A stretch of 64,000 bases of DNA. Origin: Nitrospirota bacterium. GTDB lineage: Bacteria > Nitrospirota > Nitrospiria > 2-01-FULL-66-17. The notes under the pieces are model-generated. The model was not told the origin of the DNA. It was given only the letters and a program-made list of their open reading frames with translations, and ran no database searches. The position numbers were made by a program, and so were the translations under genes. Within the stretch, counting starts at the first letter, position 1. The number at the start of each line of letters is the position of its first letter. The DNA lies in assembly GCA_049325335.1 (NCBI GenBank), contig JBMOMC010000002.1:1-64000 (forward strand), written 5' to 3'. Shown here in pieces: positions 39,743 through 50,151 of the stretch.

Positions 39743-40225
39743 ATGACGAGTCGTAGCGAAGTGTCACGGCTCCGAAAGACGGTCGCGGAATCCGCGTCGG
39801 AGATGGTGCAGGTCGTGTTGCCCAACGACACCAATCCCTTGGGCAACGTGTTGGGCGGGCGCGTTATGCACTGGATCGACCTGGTGGGCGCGATCGTCGC
39901 GTATCGGCACTGCCACGGCCCGATCGTGACCGCGTCGGTGGACCGGCTCGATTTTCGCCATCCCATCAAGCTCGGGGAAATTGCGCTGCTCAAGGCCCGG
40001 TTGGTCTACGTGGGGCGCACCTCGATGGAGGTGCTGGTCGACGTGTTTGTGGACGACCCGCCGAAGGGCACGCGCAACCAGACCAGCGCCGCGCGGGTCA
40101 CGTACGTGGCCATCGACAAACGCGGCCGCCCAGTACCGGTTCCGGGCTTGGAGTTGGTCACGGACGACGAGCGCCGCGTATTTGATGAGGCGCTCGCCCG
40201 TCGCCGCTCCGAGGGTCGAGCATAA
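39743..40225 (+). CDS. Acyl-CoA thioesterase (hotdog, YciA-like)
   Basis: Motifs PNDTNPLGNVLGG, VTASVD, GRTSMEV. Confidence 0.92.
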   Translation: MTSRSEVSRLRKTVAESASEMVQVVLPNDTNPLGNVLGGRVMHWIDLVGAIVAYRHCHGPIVTASVDRLDFRHPIKLGEIALLKARLVYVGRTSMEVLVDVFVDDPPKGTRNQTSAARVTYVAIDKRGRPVPVPGLELVTDDERRVFDEALARRRSEGRA

Positions 40226-40282
40226 CGCCCGTGGTGATGCCCCCTTTTTCGCGTTCTCGGCTATCCTGTACCGGGTAACGCG

Positions 40283-41233
40283 ATGCGCACCACTTTCCAC
40301 ATACAGAAGTTTAACCCTGAGACGGACCAGGGGCCTTCCATGCGCGAGTACCACCTCGATGTGGCGTGGAAGGGCAACACCGTGCTCGACGGCTTGTTCC
40401 AGATCAAGAACGAACTGGACGGGGCGCTGACGTTTCGCGCCTCGTGCCGCAGCGCGATTTGTGGGTCGTGCCCGATGGTGATCAACGGCCGTGAGCGCCT
40501 CGCCTGCCAGACGCTGATCGCGGGCGAGATCGAACAACACGGACGGATCGAGGTGCGGCCGCTGCGGCAAATGCGCGTCATCAAGGATTTGGCGGTGGAT
40601 CTGACCCCGCACTGGGAAAAGGTCCGCGCGATCACGCCGTTTCTGACGACTGAGGCACATCGGCCGCACACGTGGAACGCCCATCAGGACCCGCACGGCG
40701 GGTTTCAAAACGTAGACGCGTGCATTTTGTGCGGCGCGTGCGTATCGGCCTGCTCCAGCCTGGAGGTGTCTCCGGGATTTCTCGGCCCTGCCGCGTTGGC
40801 CAAGGCCTACCGGTTCGTGGCGGATCCACGCGAAGGCCATGCAAAGGAACGGCTGGAGGAACTCACCCATGACAACGGAATCTGGGATTGCGTGCGCTGC
40901 AACTGGTGCGTGGAAGTGTGCCCCAAGGACGTCAAACCGATGGAAGCGATCATTCGCTTGCGGCGCGAGGCGATTCGCGCGGGACTGACGAATCATCCCG
41001 GCGCCACGCACATCACCGCGTTCATGGACTTGGTCAAACACGAGGGGCGATTGAACGAGGCGCGCATGCCGGTGGCCATGGTGTGGCCCAACGTGGCTCG
41101 GTTGTTGAGCATCGTGCCGATCGGGATCAGGATGTTCCTCAAGGGCAAGGTGCCGGCTTGGTTCCAACGGCCGATTCCCGGGATCGCCCAGGTCCGACGG
41201 TTGTTTGAGGCCAGGGAGGCCTCCACCAAATGA
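40283..41233 (+). CDS. sdhB: Succinate dehydrogenase/fumarate reductase Fe-S subunit (type E-like, C-terminally extended)
   Basis: Motifs SCRSAICGSC, CILCGACVSAC, CVRCNWCVEVCPK. Confidence 0.92.
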   Translation: MRTTFHIQKFNPETDQGPSMREYHLDVAWKGNTVLDGLFQIKNELDGALTFRASCRSAICGSCPMVINGRERLACQTLIAGEIEQHGRIEVRPLRQMRVIKDLAVDLTPHWEKVRAITPFLTTEAHRPHTWNAHQDPHGGFQNVDACILCGACVSACSSLEVSPGFLGPAALAKAYRFVADPREGHAKERLEELTHDNGIWDCVRCNWCVEVCPKDVKPMEAIIRLRREAIRAGLTNHPGATHITAFMDLVKHEGRLNEARMPVAMVWPNVARLLSIVPIGIRMFLKGKVPAWFQRPIPGIAQVRRLFEAREASTK

Positions 41234-42114
41234 AATATGCCTTCTTTACGGGTTGCGCGGCCAAGGGCGCCTGCCCCGAGTTGTATCAATCGGCGGTGAA
41301 GGTGGCCAAGTTGCTGGGCATCGAACTCGAAGAGATGAAGAGCGCGGCGTGCTGCGGCGCGGGTGTGGTGCGCGAGGGCGACGCGGAGTTGAGCCTGGCC
41401 GTCAACGCGCGCACGTTCGCGCAGGCCGAAGCCAAAGGCTTGCCCGTGCTCACGATCTGCGGCACGTGCCAGGGCGTGTTGGCCGGCGCGAACAAGACGC
41501 TCAAGGAAGACGCCGCCGCGTTGGAGCGGATCAACACCTTGTTGGCGCCGGACGGCCTGACCTACCGCGGGACCACCGAGGTCAAACACCTGCTGTGGGT
41601 GCTAATCCGCGACGTGGGATTGGCCAAGCTACGCCGGGCCGTGAAGCGGTCGTTGGCCGGCCTTCGCGTGGCGCCGTTCTACGGCTGCTACATCCTGCGT
41701 CCATCGACCGACTTGGGGTTCGACGACCCCAGCAACCCGAGTTCGATGGAGGACTTGATCATCGCGCTCGGTGGACAACGGGTCGATTACGCGGGCCGGA
41801 CCAAGTGTTGCGGGTTCCCGTTGGTGTTGGAGAACGAACCTATGGCCTTGGCCATGAGCGGCAACGCGACCGCGGAGGCCAAACACCAAGGCGCGGATTG
41901 TATGGTCACGCCCTGTCCGCTCTGTCACATGAGTCTTGATATCTACCAGGAACGCGCCGGCGAGCAACGCGGCGAACGGCTCGACATGCTGGTGTTTCAC
42001 TTGCCGCAACTTGTGGGCTTGGCGCTCGGCCTGTCCGAACAAGACCTCGGCTTGTCTCGACATCTGGTCCCGGTGGCGCACGCCCTCGACAAACTCGCCG
42101 CGCCGCGGCCGTAA
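41230..42114 (+). CDS. HdrB-like CCG-domain subunit (SdhE/FrdC of type-E SQOR)
   Basis: Motifs FTGC, CCG, CGTC, FYGC..RP, KCCG, PCPLCH; overlaps the sdhB stop. Confidence 0.9.
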   Translation: MKYAFFTGCAAKGACPELYQSAVKVAKLLGIELEEMKSAACCGAGVVREGDAELSLAVNARTFAQAEAKGLPVLTICGTCQGVLAGANKTLKEDAAALERINTLLAPDGLTYRGTTEVKHLLWVLIRDVGLAKLRRAVKRSLAGLRVAPFYGCYILRPSTDLGFDDPSNPSSMEDLIIALGGQRVDYAGRTKCCGFPLVLENEPMALAMSGNATAEAKHQGADCMVTPCPLCHMSLDIYQERAGEQRGERLDMLVFHLPQLVGLALGLSEQDLGLSRHLVPVAHALDKLAAPRP

Positions 42115-42236
42115 CGAGTTCCCACCCCGCGAACATCCTCCGGCGGACTCGCCGCTCGCTTGCAGAAGGTTACGCAAGTGGGCTAATATGGCCCACTTGT
42201 AGGCTTCTGGATCGCAACGTCCGGAGGGAGTCGGCG

Positions 42237-43175
42237 ATGGGGCGTCGGAAAATCAGCGTCATCGGAGCGGGGAACGTCGGCGGGACCACGGCGCAACGTC
42301 TGGCCGAGCGCAACCTCGGCGACATCGTGCTCCTCGACATCAACGAGGGCATGGCCAAGGGCAAGGCGCTAGACATTATGGAGTCGGCGCCGATCGAGGG
42401 GTTTGATTCGCGCGTGATCGGCACGGCGTCCTACGAGGACACTGCCGGGTCGTCGCTGGTCGTGATTTCCTCGGGCGTGCCCCGTAAACCCGGGATGAGC
42501 CGTGACGACCTGCTGCGGATCAACGCGGAGATCGTGCAATCGGTCGTGCGCGAGGTGGCGAAGCGCTCGCCGAACGCGATTTTGATCATCGTGTCCAATC
42601 CGCTCGATGCGATGACGTACGTGGCGTTTCGGGAGAGCGGGTTCCCCAAGGAACGAGTGATGGGCATGGCGGGCGCGCTGGATTCGGCGCGGTTTCGCGC
42701 GTTCATCGCGATGGAGGTGGGCGTGGCGGTCTCCAACGTGCACGCGGTGGTGCTCGGCGGGCACGGTGATACGATGGTTCCGTTGATGCGGTACACCACG
42801 GTCAACGGTCTGCCGGTCGCGCAGTTGATCCCGTCGGATCGGCTGGAGACCTTGGTCAAACGGACCCGCGAAGGCGGGGCGGAAATCGTGAATTTGTTGA
42901 AGACCGGGAGCGCGTTTTACGCGCCGTCGGCCGCGGCGGTGGAGATGGCGGAGGCGGTGTTGGCCGACCGGCATAAAGTGATTCCCAGTGCGGTCTACTG
43001 CGACGGCGAATACGGCATCCGCGGCCTGTTCGTGGGCGTGCCGGCGCGGCTCGGCGCGCGCGGTGTGGAGTCGATCGTTCAAGTGGAACTGAGCGCCTCG
43101 GAGCGCGCGTTGCTCGATCAATCCGCGGCCGCGGTTCGTGAACTCTGCGAGAAGGTGGACGCCGGCCTCAAATAG
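42237..43175 (+). CDS. mdh: Malate dehydrogenase (LDH-like)
   Basis: Motifs [33 protein letters not shown]. Confidence 0.95.
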   Translation: MGRRKISVIGAGNVGGTTAQRLAERNLGDIVLLDINEGMAKGKALDIMESAPIEGFDSRVIGTASYEDTAGSSLVVISSGVPRKPGMSRDDLLRINAEIVQSVVREVAKRSPNAILIIVSNPLDAMTYVAFRESGFPKERVMGMAGALDSARFRAFIAMEVGVAVSNVHAVVLGGHGDTMVPLMRYTTVNGLPVAQLIPSDRLETLVKRTREGGAEIVNLLKTGSAFYAPSAAAVEMAEAVLADRHKVIPSAVYCDGEYGIRGLFVGVPARLGARGVESIVQVELSASERALLDQSAAAVRELCEKVDAGLK

Positions 43176-43225
43176 GGACGGACGCCGTTGATGGGCGTCC
43201 GCATCATCGTCAGGTTCTGCTGAAC

Positions 43226-44503
43226 ATGTCCGTCACCACAATCCTCTTGGAAGGCGTGCCGCCCGGCGGCTCCCTCGATCTGGCCGCGTACGAGCGGATC
43301 GGTGGGTACGACGCGCTGCGTAAGGCCGTGGCCGGTCTGGCGTCGGAGGACATCGTCGAGGAAATCAAACGCTCGGGCCTGCGCGGACGCGGCGGCGCCG
43401 GGTTTTCCACGGGCAAGAAGTGGGAGATGGCGCTGGGCAAACGCGGCCGCCTCAAGTACGTCTGCTGCAACGGGTCGGAAGGCGAACCCGGCACGCTGAA
43501 GGACCGCCACCTCATTCGAGCCAATCCGCACCTGCTGATCGAGGGCGTGGTGCTCGCGGCGTACACCGTGGGCGCGGATGAGGCGTACATCTTTCTCAAG
43601 GACAAATACCGCGAGGAACACCGAATCCTCGGTGCGGCGCTGGACGCGGCGCGTCAAAAGGGCTACTGGGGTCCGTCGGTGCTGGGCTCGTCGTTCGGCG
43701 TGACCGTGCATCTCTTTCGCGGGCCTGACGCCTATATCGCGGGGGAAGAGACCGCGATGTTGGAGGCCATCGAGGGCAAGCCGCCCCGTCCCCGCCAGAA
43801 GCCGCCGTATTATCCCATCCAACACGGATTGTTCGGGTTGCCCACGTTGGTCAACAACGTGGAGACGCTGGCCAATATCCCCAAAATCATCCTGCACGGC
43901 GGGGCGTGGTTTGCCGCGGTGGGATTGCCAGCCAGCCCCGGCACCATGCTGTTTAGTCTGACCGGCGCGGTCGAGCGGCCCGGCGTGTACGAGTTGCCGC
44001 TCGGGACTCCGTTGCGCGCGTTGATCTACGACGTGGGCGGGGGAATCGCGCGAGGGCGAACGTTAAAGGCGGTGTTTCCCGGCGGACCGTCGCAGACCGT
44101 GTTGACGGACAAAGATCTTGACGTACCACTTGAATTCGACGCGCTCAAGAAGATCGGCTCGGGGCTCGGGACCGCGGGCGTGATGGTGTACGACGATCAG
44201 ACGTGTATGCTGCGTCTAGCCATCGAATTCGCGCGGTTTTACCAGGAAGGCTCGTGTCGGCAGTGTCCGCCGTGCGAGTTGGGCACGCAGAACATCGCCA
44301 AATTGGTGGCGAAGATTGAGGACGGCCAGGCCGAACCGAGGGACTTAGACTTTCTCACCCAGGTCTTCGGGCTGGTGCGGGGGCGCGGGTATTGCGATCT
44401 GATCAGCAGCGCGGTGCGCTCGGTCGAGAGCACGGTGAAGGTCTTCCGGGACGAATACGAGGCGCACGTCGCGCGTCGCGGGTGTCCGTACCCTAAACTC
44501 TGA
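43226..44503 (+). CDS. Stand-alone NuoF/Nqo1-family protein (paralog 2)
   Basis: Motifs SGLRGRGGAGF, NGSEGEPGTLKD, AGEETA, GSCRQCPPC...YC. Confidence 0.9.
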   Translation: MSVTTILLEGVPPGGSLDLAAYERIGGYDALRKAVAGLASEDIVEEIKRSGLRGRGGAGFSTGKKWEMALGKRGRLKYVCCNGSEGEPGTLKDRHLIRANPHLLIEGVVLAAYTVGADEAYIFLKDKYREEHRILGAALDAARQKGYWGPSVLGSSFGVTVHLFRGPDAYIAGEETAMLEAIEGKPPRPRQKPPYYPIQHGLFGLPTLVNNVETLANIPKIILHGGAWFAAVGLPASPGTMLFSLTGAVERPGVYELPLGTPLRALIYDVGGGIARGRTLKAVFPGGPSQTVLTDKDLDVPLEFDALKKIGSGLGTAGVMVYDDQTCMLRLAIEFARFYQEGSCRQCPPCELGTQNIAKLVAKIEDGQAEPRDLDFLTQVFGLVRGRGYCDLISSAVRSVESTVKVFRDEYEAHVARRGCPYPKL

Positions 44504-44563
44504 CGCCCAAAGGCCCTATGGCGCGTGGGTATCCGGCCCACTCGACCTAGGGCTCCGCGCTCA

Positions 44564-44593
44564 TTGACAAGGTTTCCGAGCCGATGTTACGAT
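44564..44593 (+). promoter_or_regulatory. sigma70 promoter for erpA
   Basis: TTGACA-18nt-TACGAT with TG extension. Confidence 0.55.
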
Positions 44594-44668
44594 ACGCTCA
44601 CCTTCTAAATAGGTCGGCGATTTCTTCTGACGTTTCAATTAGTTCTATGACCAATGAGAGGCCACGCG

Positions 44669-44992
44669 ATGTTGCTTATCACGGAAAAAGCAGGCGCAAA
44701 GATTAAAGACCTTCTGGCCGCCGAGCCCAAACCAGCCTCGGGGCTTCGGGTATACGTCTCGGGGGGCGGGTGCCAGGGATTCCAATACGGGATGACGTTC
44801 GAGGAACAGGCCAATCCTGATGATACCGTGATCGAAGCGCACGGGGTTCGGGTATTCGTGGACGGGCAGAGCGCCCCGTTGTTGAGCGGCGCCGAGGTGG
44901 ACTATATCGACGGCCTGGAAGGATCGGGGTTTTCGATCAAGAACCCCCAGGCCAAATCCTCGTGTGGCTGCGGCCAGTCGTTCGGCGCGTAA
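44669..44992 (+). CDS. erpA: A-type Fe-S carrier (ErpA/IscA)
   Basis: Motifs GGGCQGFQY, NPQAKSSCGCGQSF. Confidence 0.88.
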   Translation: MLLITEKAGAKIKDLLAAEPKPASGLRVYVSGGGCQGFQYGMTFEEQANPDDTVIEAHGVRVFVDGQSAPLLSGAEVDYIDGLEGSGFSIKNPQAKSSCGCGQSFGA

Positions 44993-45006
44993 CCGGTCCG
45001 CTCACG

Positions 45007-45177
45007 ATGGCAACCGCTCGATATCAACAACCGATGTGGATCAATGCGGAGTCGGCCTTGGCCGACCGGCTGCGCGGAGACGGGGACGAATTTTGCACCG
45101 TGGCTTGGCGGGAATGGCTCACGGCGATGGTGGTGGTCGAGATGGCGCGCTCCGATACGCGCGTCTCCTGGCACTAG
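45007..45177 (+). CDS. Possible small hypothetical protein (56 aa)
   Basis: ATG 14 nt after the erpA stop; no recognisable motif. Confidence 0.35.
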   Translation: MATARYQQPMWINAESALADRLRGDGDEFCTVAWREWLTAMVVVEMARSDTRVSWH

Positions 45178-45285
45178 CGGAACGATGGGCGGCGCCGATC
45201 CTGCGTGACCGGCGTCGGCGAGTAAGGCCCTCGACGGCAGGCGACGCCGCGAGGCGGCGTGACGACAACAGAAGGAGGAGAGCGT

Positions 45286-45633
45286 ATGTCGCTCAGGATC
45301 ACTGAAGAATGTATTTCATGCGGAGCGTGCCTGCCGGAGTGTCCGAACGAGGCGATTTTTGACAGCCGGGCGTCGGCTGAATCCGCGGGGTGGCATATCT
45401 CGGAAGGCGACGGGATGGCCGACGGACTGTACGTGATCACCTATGATCGGTGCACCGAGTGCGTCGGCCACTACGACGCGCCGCAGTGCGCGGCGGTTTG
45501 CCCCGTGCCGGATTGCTGTGTGTCCGATCCGCAGTACCCGGAGGCGAAAGACGTGCTGCTCGACAAGGCGCGGAAACTGAATCCGGGCAAAGAAATCGAC
45601 GCGAATAAAGTCTGGTCCGGCGTGCGCGCATAA
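45286..45633 (+). CDS. 2[4Fe-4S] ferredoxin (YfhL/Alvin-type)
   Basis: Motifs CISCGACLPECPN, CTECVGHYDAPQCAAVCP; strong RBS. Confidence 0.92.
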   Translation: MSLRITEECISCGACLPECPNEAIFDSRASAESAGWHISEGDGMADGLYVITYDRCTECVGHYDAPQCAAVCPVPDCCVSDPQYPEAKDVLLDKARKLNPGKEIDANKVWSGVRA

Positions 45634-45650
45634 CCGGATCACGAGGAATC

Positions 45651-45694
45651 ACGAGGGGCCTGGCGGATACGTTCCGCCCGGCCCCTCGTTGTTT
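45651..45694 (+). terminator. Intrinsic terminator after the ferredoxin
   Basis: Stem acgaggggcc...ggcccctcgt followed by tgttt. Confidence 0.6.
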
Positions 45695-45713
45695 GGGGGC
45701 GGACGGAGCGGCC

Positions 45714-46331
45714 ATGGACACCTTTTCCCACGAGGAAATCGACTTTCTCAAGCACGCGGGATTCTTCGCGTGGAAGGAGAAACTGACGCGCCGTCTTCAG
45801 GGCCGATTCACGGCGCTCCACGAGGCGCTCACCCAGCGGATTGTCCCCGGCGACTTCCTGGCGCCGGACGAGATGGATTGGACGCGGTGGCAGTCGGTGC
45901 GCGGCGAGCGGTTTCACGATCGGCCGTACGCATATCTCGATTACCCGCAGTGTTTCTCCCGCGAGACGAAATTTACCTATCGGTCGATGTTCTGGTGGGG
46001 AGAAGGGCTGTTTTTCGCGCTAATCCTGGAAGGCGCGTTGTGTGATCGGTACATCGAGAATATCGATCAACGGTATGCGGCGATCGTGGGTCGCGATCTG
46101 TCGCTGTCCGTCGCGGACACGCCGTGGGAGTGGGCGCGGTCCGGTCGCTCGCTGCTGCCGATTCGATCCGACACGAAGGACGCGGTGTTGAGCGCGGTCA
46201 AGAACCGGCCCGTCATCAAATTGCAACGGGCGATTCCGCTCGACCGGTTGGGCGACGACAACGTGATTGTCCGCGAAGGGGTGGCGACGTTCGAGGCCGT
46301 GCGGCCCGTTGTCGCTAGAATTGGTTCTTGA
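45714..46331 (+). CDS. Conserved hypothetical protein
   Basis: Motif-like stretch RGE...PYAYLDYP..F...YRSMFWWG; GGAG RBS. Confidence 0.7.
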   Translation: MDTFSHEEIDFLKHAGFFAWKEKLTRRLQGRFTALHEALTQRIVPGDFLAPDEMDWTRWQSVRGERFHDRPYAYLDYPQCFSRETKFTYRSMFWWGEGLFFALILEGALCDRYIENIDQRYAAIVGRDLSLSVADTPWEWARSGRSLLPIRSDTKDAVLSAVKNRPVIKLQRAIPLDRLGDDNVIVREGVATFEAVRPVVARIGS

Positions 46332-46695
46332 AATAGACCAGCAGATCGCGCACCGACAACACGCCCACGATTTTGCCTTCCTCGGTGATCACGAGGTGGC
46401 GGATCGCGCGCTCGCTCATCAGCGCGTTGGCCTCAACCGCGCTCTTTTTAATGTCGAGCGTGATCAGCGGGCTGCTCATGACCCGTTGAACCGGCTCATG
46501 GTCGATATCCAGTCCTTCGGCCACTCCGCGCCGGACGACGTCGGTTTCGCTGATAATGCCCACGAAGTCGCCTTCCGCTTGGACGAGCAGCGAACCGACT
46601 CGTTTTTCCCGCATCAACCGCGCGGCGTCGCGAACCGAGGCGTTACGGTCGATGGTTTTGAGTTCACGAGCCATTAAGACGGCGAGTGGCAACAT
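46315..46695 (-). CDS. CBS-domain pair protein
   Basis: Motifs VGSLLV..VGIISETD, IRHLVI..VGVLSVRD. Confidence 0.92.
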   Translation of the reverse strand: MLPLAVLMARELKTIDRNASVRDAARLMREKRVGSLLVQAEGDFVGIISETDVVRRGVAEGLDIDHEPVQRVMSSPLITLDIKKSAVEANALMSERAIRHLVITEEGKIVGVLSVRDLLVYFKNQF

Positions 46696-46824
46696 ACGGG
46701 TCGGGTTCGGTATTCCGCGCCGAATAAAAGAGTGGGCGGATTATACCGGGGTCCGAAGAAGGGGGTCAAGCCGAGGAGTCGTTGACAGGCGAACGGCCGA
46801 GTCGCTATGCTCGCGCAAGTTGAA

Positions 46825-47361
46825 TCACTCGTCGTGATCCAACTCCACGTTCCAATACAGGTAGTCTTTCCATACTGATGGAGTATGAGACAGGCCGATG
46901 GTCATCGCCAGGGCGGGGTTCCAGGAGGGTTTCACGGGCGCTTTGATCAGCTTCATGCGGGCTTCACCCGGCGTACGACCGCTCTTGTGGTTGTTGCACC
47001 GCCAGCACGCGGTGACGATGTTCTCCCAGCTCTTCTTCCCCCCGCGGGCGATGGGCAAGACGTGATCGAACGTCAGGTCTTCGGTGCGAAACCGTTTCCC
47101 GCAGTACTGGCACGAGTAGTGGTCGCGGATAAAAATATTGGCGCGCGAGAATTTCACGCCCCGGCGCGCGGGCTCGATCCGAATCAGTTTCAGCAGGCGC
47201 AGGACCGCGGGCAAGGGGACCGTGGTGCTGACCCCTCGAATGCGGCGGTCGTACACCTCCAACACTTCGACCTTTTCCTGCCACAACAAGGTCACGGCTT
47301 TTTGCCAGTGAATGATCCGGAGCGGTTCGTAGGACGCGTTCAGGAGAAGCGATTGTTCCAT
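46825..47361 (-). CDS. HNH endonuclease (McrA-like)
   Basis: Motifs LLLNASYEPL, RDHYSCQYCG, TFDHVLP..GG..WENIVTACWRCN. Confidence 0.92.
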   Translation of the reverse strand: MEQSLLLNASYEPLRIIHWQKAVTLLWQEKVEVLEVYDRRIRGVSTTVPLPAVLRLLKLIRIEPARRGVKFSRANIFIRDHYSCQYCGKRFRTEDLTFDHVLPIARGGKKSWENIVTACWRCNNHKSGRTPGEARMKLIKAPVKPSWNPALAMTIGLSHTPSVWKDYLYWNVELDHDE

Positions 47362-47450
47362 CGACGGAATACCCCAGCCGACTTGCCTCGCGGAAAGTGT
47401 ATCAACTTTAACGACCCCGCGCAAACCATTGATCGGGGAGGATCGGGCCC

Positions 47451-47978
47451 ATGATCCGGTCTTATCAGGGGAAAACGCCGGTGATCGACCCGACCGTGTA
47501 CCTCGCCGCCGGGGCGCGGGTGATCGGCGACGTGGTGATCGGGCCCGAATCGAGTCTGTGGTTCAACGTGGTGGTCCGCGGTGACGTGAACTCGATCCGC
47601 ATCGGCTCGCGCACCAACGTGCAAGACCTGTCCATGCTGCACGTCACGCGTCGGACCGCGCCGTTGCGCGTGGGGGATGAGGTGACGGTCGGTCACGCGG
47701 CGATCCTGCACGGCTGTACGGTTGAGAACCGATGTCTGATCGGCATGGGGTCGGTGGTGATGGACGGCGCCGTGGTCGGCGAGGAATCCATCGTCGGGGC
47801 CGGCGCGGTGGTGCCGGAGCGCATGATCATCCCGCCGCGAAGCCTCGTGGTGGGCGTGCCCGCGACGGTCCGACGCGCGTTGCGGCCCGAGGAGATCGCG
47901 TTTCTGGCCCGGAGCGCGGCCAACTACGTCCAGGACGCGGCGAACTACCGCGCGGACGAGGCGCTGAACAGCCCCTGA
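47451..47978 (+). CDS. Gamma-carbonic anhydrase family (YrdA/PaaY) protein
   Basis: Motifs VRGDVN, TNVQD, VTVGH, LHGC; hexapeptide repeats. Confidence 0.93.
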   Translation: MIRSYQGKTPVIDPTVYLAAGARVIGDVVIGPESSLWFNVVVRGDVNSIRIGSRTNVQDLSMLHVTRRTAPLRVGDEVTVGHAAILHGCTVENRCLIGMGSVVMDGAVVGEESIVGAGAVVPERMIIPPRSLVVGVPATVRRALRPEEIAFLARSAANYVQDAANYRADEALNSP

Positions 47979-49063
47979 TAAATCGCGTCGTGGATCGCGG
48001 GACGGAAGGCCGCGATACCCTGATTCTCCCGCGTCGGGTGGACCCGATTGGTCAACAGGATCACGGTCAGTTCGCGGTCAGGATCCACCCAGATCGAGGT
48101 GCCGGTGAACCCGAGGTGTCCATACGAGCGAGGGGAGAAGAACCGCCCCGATGTTGACGGCGGCGTCGGGGTCGTCCACCCCAGGGTCCAACTTCCATTG
48201 CCCACGTCGTTTTGTCGGGTGAGAAATCGCATGGCCAAGTCCGCGGGCCAGCGGGGTGAGCGCCCGAGCGACGCCTCGCGCCAGCCCCGAACGAGTCGGA
48301 GCACGCTCATCGCATCGCCGAACAGCCCGGCGTGACCGGACACCCCGCCCATGGCGTAGGCGTTCTCGTCGTGCACCTCGCCGCGCAACACGCGGCCCCG
48401 CCACGGACACTGTTCTGTGGCCGCCACGGTTCGATGGTCCGCCCAAGACGGTGAGTCCGTCCGGCGCGCCGGGAGAAAGCCGATGGAGTGCAGTCCCAGC
48501 GGGGCAAAGAGCCGTTCACGCGCCGATTCGTCCAACGGTTGATCCGCGACGCGTTCCAGAATCGACCCGAGCAGGATGAACCCCAGATCGCTGTACCGGC
48601 TCTCGGCCCCTGGAGGGCTGATCAACGGTTCTCGTTCAGCCGCGTCGATGAGCCGGTGTTTGCCCGCCGGCGTCGCGATCAGCTCCGGGGGCACGTCTCG
48701 GTAGAACGGGCGCCAGTCGGGTAATCCCGAGGTGTGCGTCAATAGATGGCGGATCGTCGCCCGCGCGCCCGCCCCGTCCCGCCAGCTCGGCAGGTAGCGG
48801 CCGACGGGATCATCGACCGCGAGGCGGCGTTCGGCGACCAACGACAGCGCCAGGGCGGCGGTCACAAGGGGTTTGGTCAACGAGGCCAGGTCGAATACGG
48901 TGTCGGTGGTCATGTCCTCTGCAACGGGGATTTCCGCCGCGCGGCCGAACGCCTCGAAAAACACGACGCGGCCGCCGACATCCGCTACGAGGACCCCGCC
49001 GGGAAAGGCGCGGGCGGCGAGGGTATCCGCCATGAGCCGTCGGATTCGTCGGTCGTGCAGCAC
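47945..49063 (-). CDS. Serine hydrolase, beta-lactamase class C family
   Basis: Motifs FDLASLTK, LLTHTSG, YSDLGF, VHDEN, GHAGLF, GHLGFTG. Confidence 0.92.
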   Translation of the reverse strand: MLHDRRIRRLMADTLAARAFPGGVLVADVGGRVVFFEAFGRAAEIPVAEDMTTDTVFDLASLTKPLVTAALALSLVAERRLAVDDPVGRYLPSWRDGAGARATIRHLLTHTSGLPDWRPFYRDVPPELIATPAGKHRLIDAAEREPLISPPGAESRYSDLGFILLGSILERVADQPLDESARERLFAPLGLHSIGFLPARRTDSPSWADHRTVAATEQCPWRGRVLRGEVHDENAYAMGGVSGHAGLFGDAMSVLRLVRGWREASLGRSPRWPADLAMRFLTRQNDVGNGSWTLGWTTPTPPSTSGRFFSPRSYGHLGFTGTSIWVDPDRELTVILLTNRVHPTRENQGIAAFRPAIHDAIYQGLFSASSAR

Positions 49064-49154
49064 GCGCCATTATACCGTGATCGCCCCGCTGCGGAGGCCG
49101 AGGCTGGCGGCGCGTTCGTGGTTCTCAGTTAAGGCCTTATGTTATGATAGCGAC

Positions 49155-50117
49155 GTGTCGGGCTTGATGACATCACTGCGATCCGGCCACGCGGGCGCCG
49201 GTGACGGACGTGACCCAGCGTCGCTGACCGGCGCGGCCATCGCCGCGCTGGTCACATTGCTGGATCGCGAATCCAAGGCGGAAAATCTGGCGATGATCCG
49301 TGCGCGGCTCGACGAGGTCGGCGAGGGCGCGCTCCCGTGGCTTGATGCGGCCGCGTCGATGGGCGGCCGATCCGAGCGTGCCGCGGAGATGGCGACTCGT
49401 ATTCGCCGCCGGCGTCTCGATGCCGAATGGGAACCGTGGATTGCCGATCCGTGCGCTGATCTCGAGTGCGGGGTGCTGCTCATCGATCGATTCGGTGATC
49501 CGTGCCGGGAGGCCCAAGCGGTCCGGCGCGCGTTGGATGAACTGGCTGAGGCCTTGGGCCGTCGGTTACATGGGGTATCGGACACGACCGCTGTCATCGA
49601 GCGTCTGAATGGGTTGCTGTTTGCCGAACTCGGGTTCCGCGGGAACGTGGAGTCGTATGACGATCCGGAGAACAGTTACCTTTCCCGAGTGTTGGATCGA
49701 CGGGTCGGGATTCCGGTGTCGCTTTCGGTCGTGGTGCTGCTCTTGGCGGAGCGCCTCAAGTTGCCGTTCGTGGGGATCGGGATGCCGGGACATTTTCTGC
49801 TTCGGTACGGCGCCGACCCCTCCGGGCCGTATCTTGACCCGTTCGGGAACGGCCGCGTCCTGAGTCGAGAGGACTGTTTGGCTTGGTTACGGGCGTCGGG
49901 ATTGCCGGTGACGCCCGGGCTGTTCCACCCGGTGGGCCCTCGATACATCGTGGCTCGCATGTTGCGGAACCTGATCGGCGTCTTCACAAAAGCCGGTTTG
50001 TCCGGTGAATCGGTCATATTGACGCGGTATCTCAAACGCGTGACTGCCGCGCCGAAATCATCCACCGGAACCGACTCGGGGCGGCGGAATGTCTCGAGTA
50101 GGGGCACGCTGCCGTGA
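49155..50117 (+). CDS. SirB1/YchA transglutaminase-like protein
   Basis: Motifs GFRGN..Y.DPENSYL..VLDRR.GIP, PGHFL, DPF, RMLRNL. Confidence 0.88.
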   Translation: MSGLMTSLRSGHAGAGDGRDPASLTGAAIAALVTLLDRESKAENLAMIRARLDEVGEGALPWLDAAASMGGRSERAAEMATRIRRRRLDAEWEPWIADPCADLECGVLLIDRFGDPCREAQAVRRALDELAEALGRRLHGVSDTTAVIERLNGLLFAELGFRGNVESYDDPENSYLSRVLDRRVGIPVSLSVVVLLLAERLKLPFVGIGMPGHFLLRYGADPSGPYLDPFGNGRVLSREDCLAWLRASGLPVTPGLFHPVGPRYIVARMLRNLIGVFTKAGLSGESVILTRYLKRVTAAPKSSTGTDSGRRNVSSRGTLP

Positions 50118-50151
50118 GAGCCGATATGCGCCCCATCCGTCAATAACCGTC

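Noticed and set aside
41230..42114. Methanogen/sulfate-reducer heterodisulfide reductase
   Set aside because: No hdrA or hdrC; it is translationally coupled to sdhB/frdB.
46825..47361. HNH gene as a mobile, IscB-type or defence nuclease
   Set aside because: It is the short, widespread stand-alone LLLNASYEPL-type HNH with host-like composition, no RuvC and no flanking repeats.
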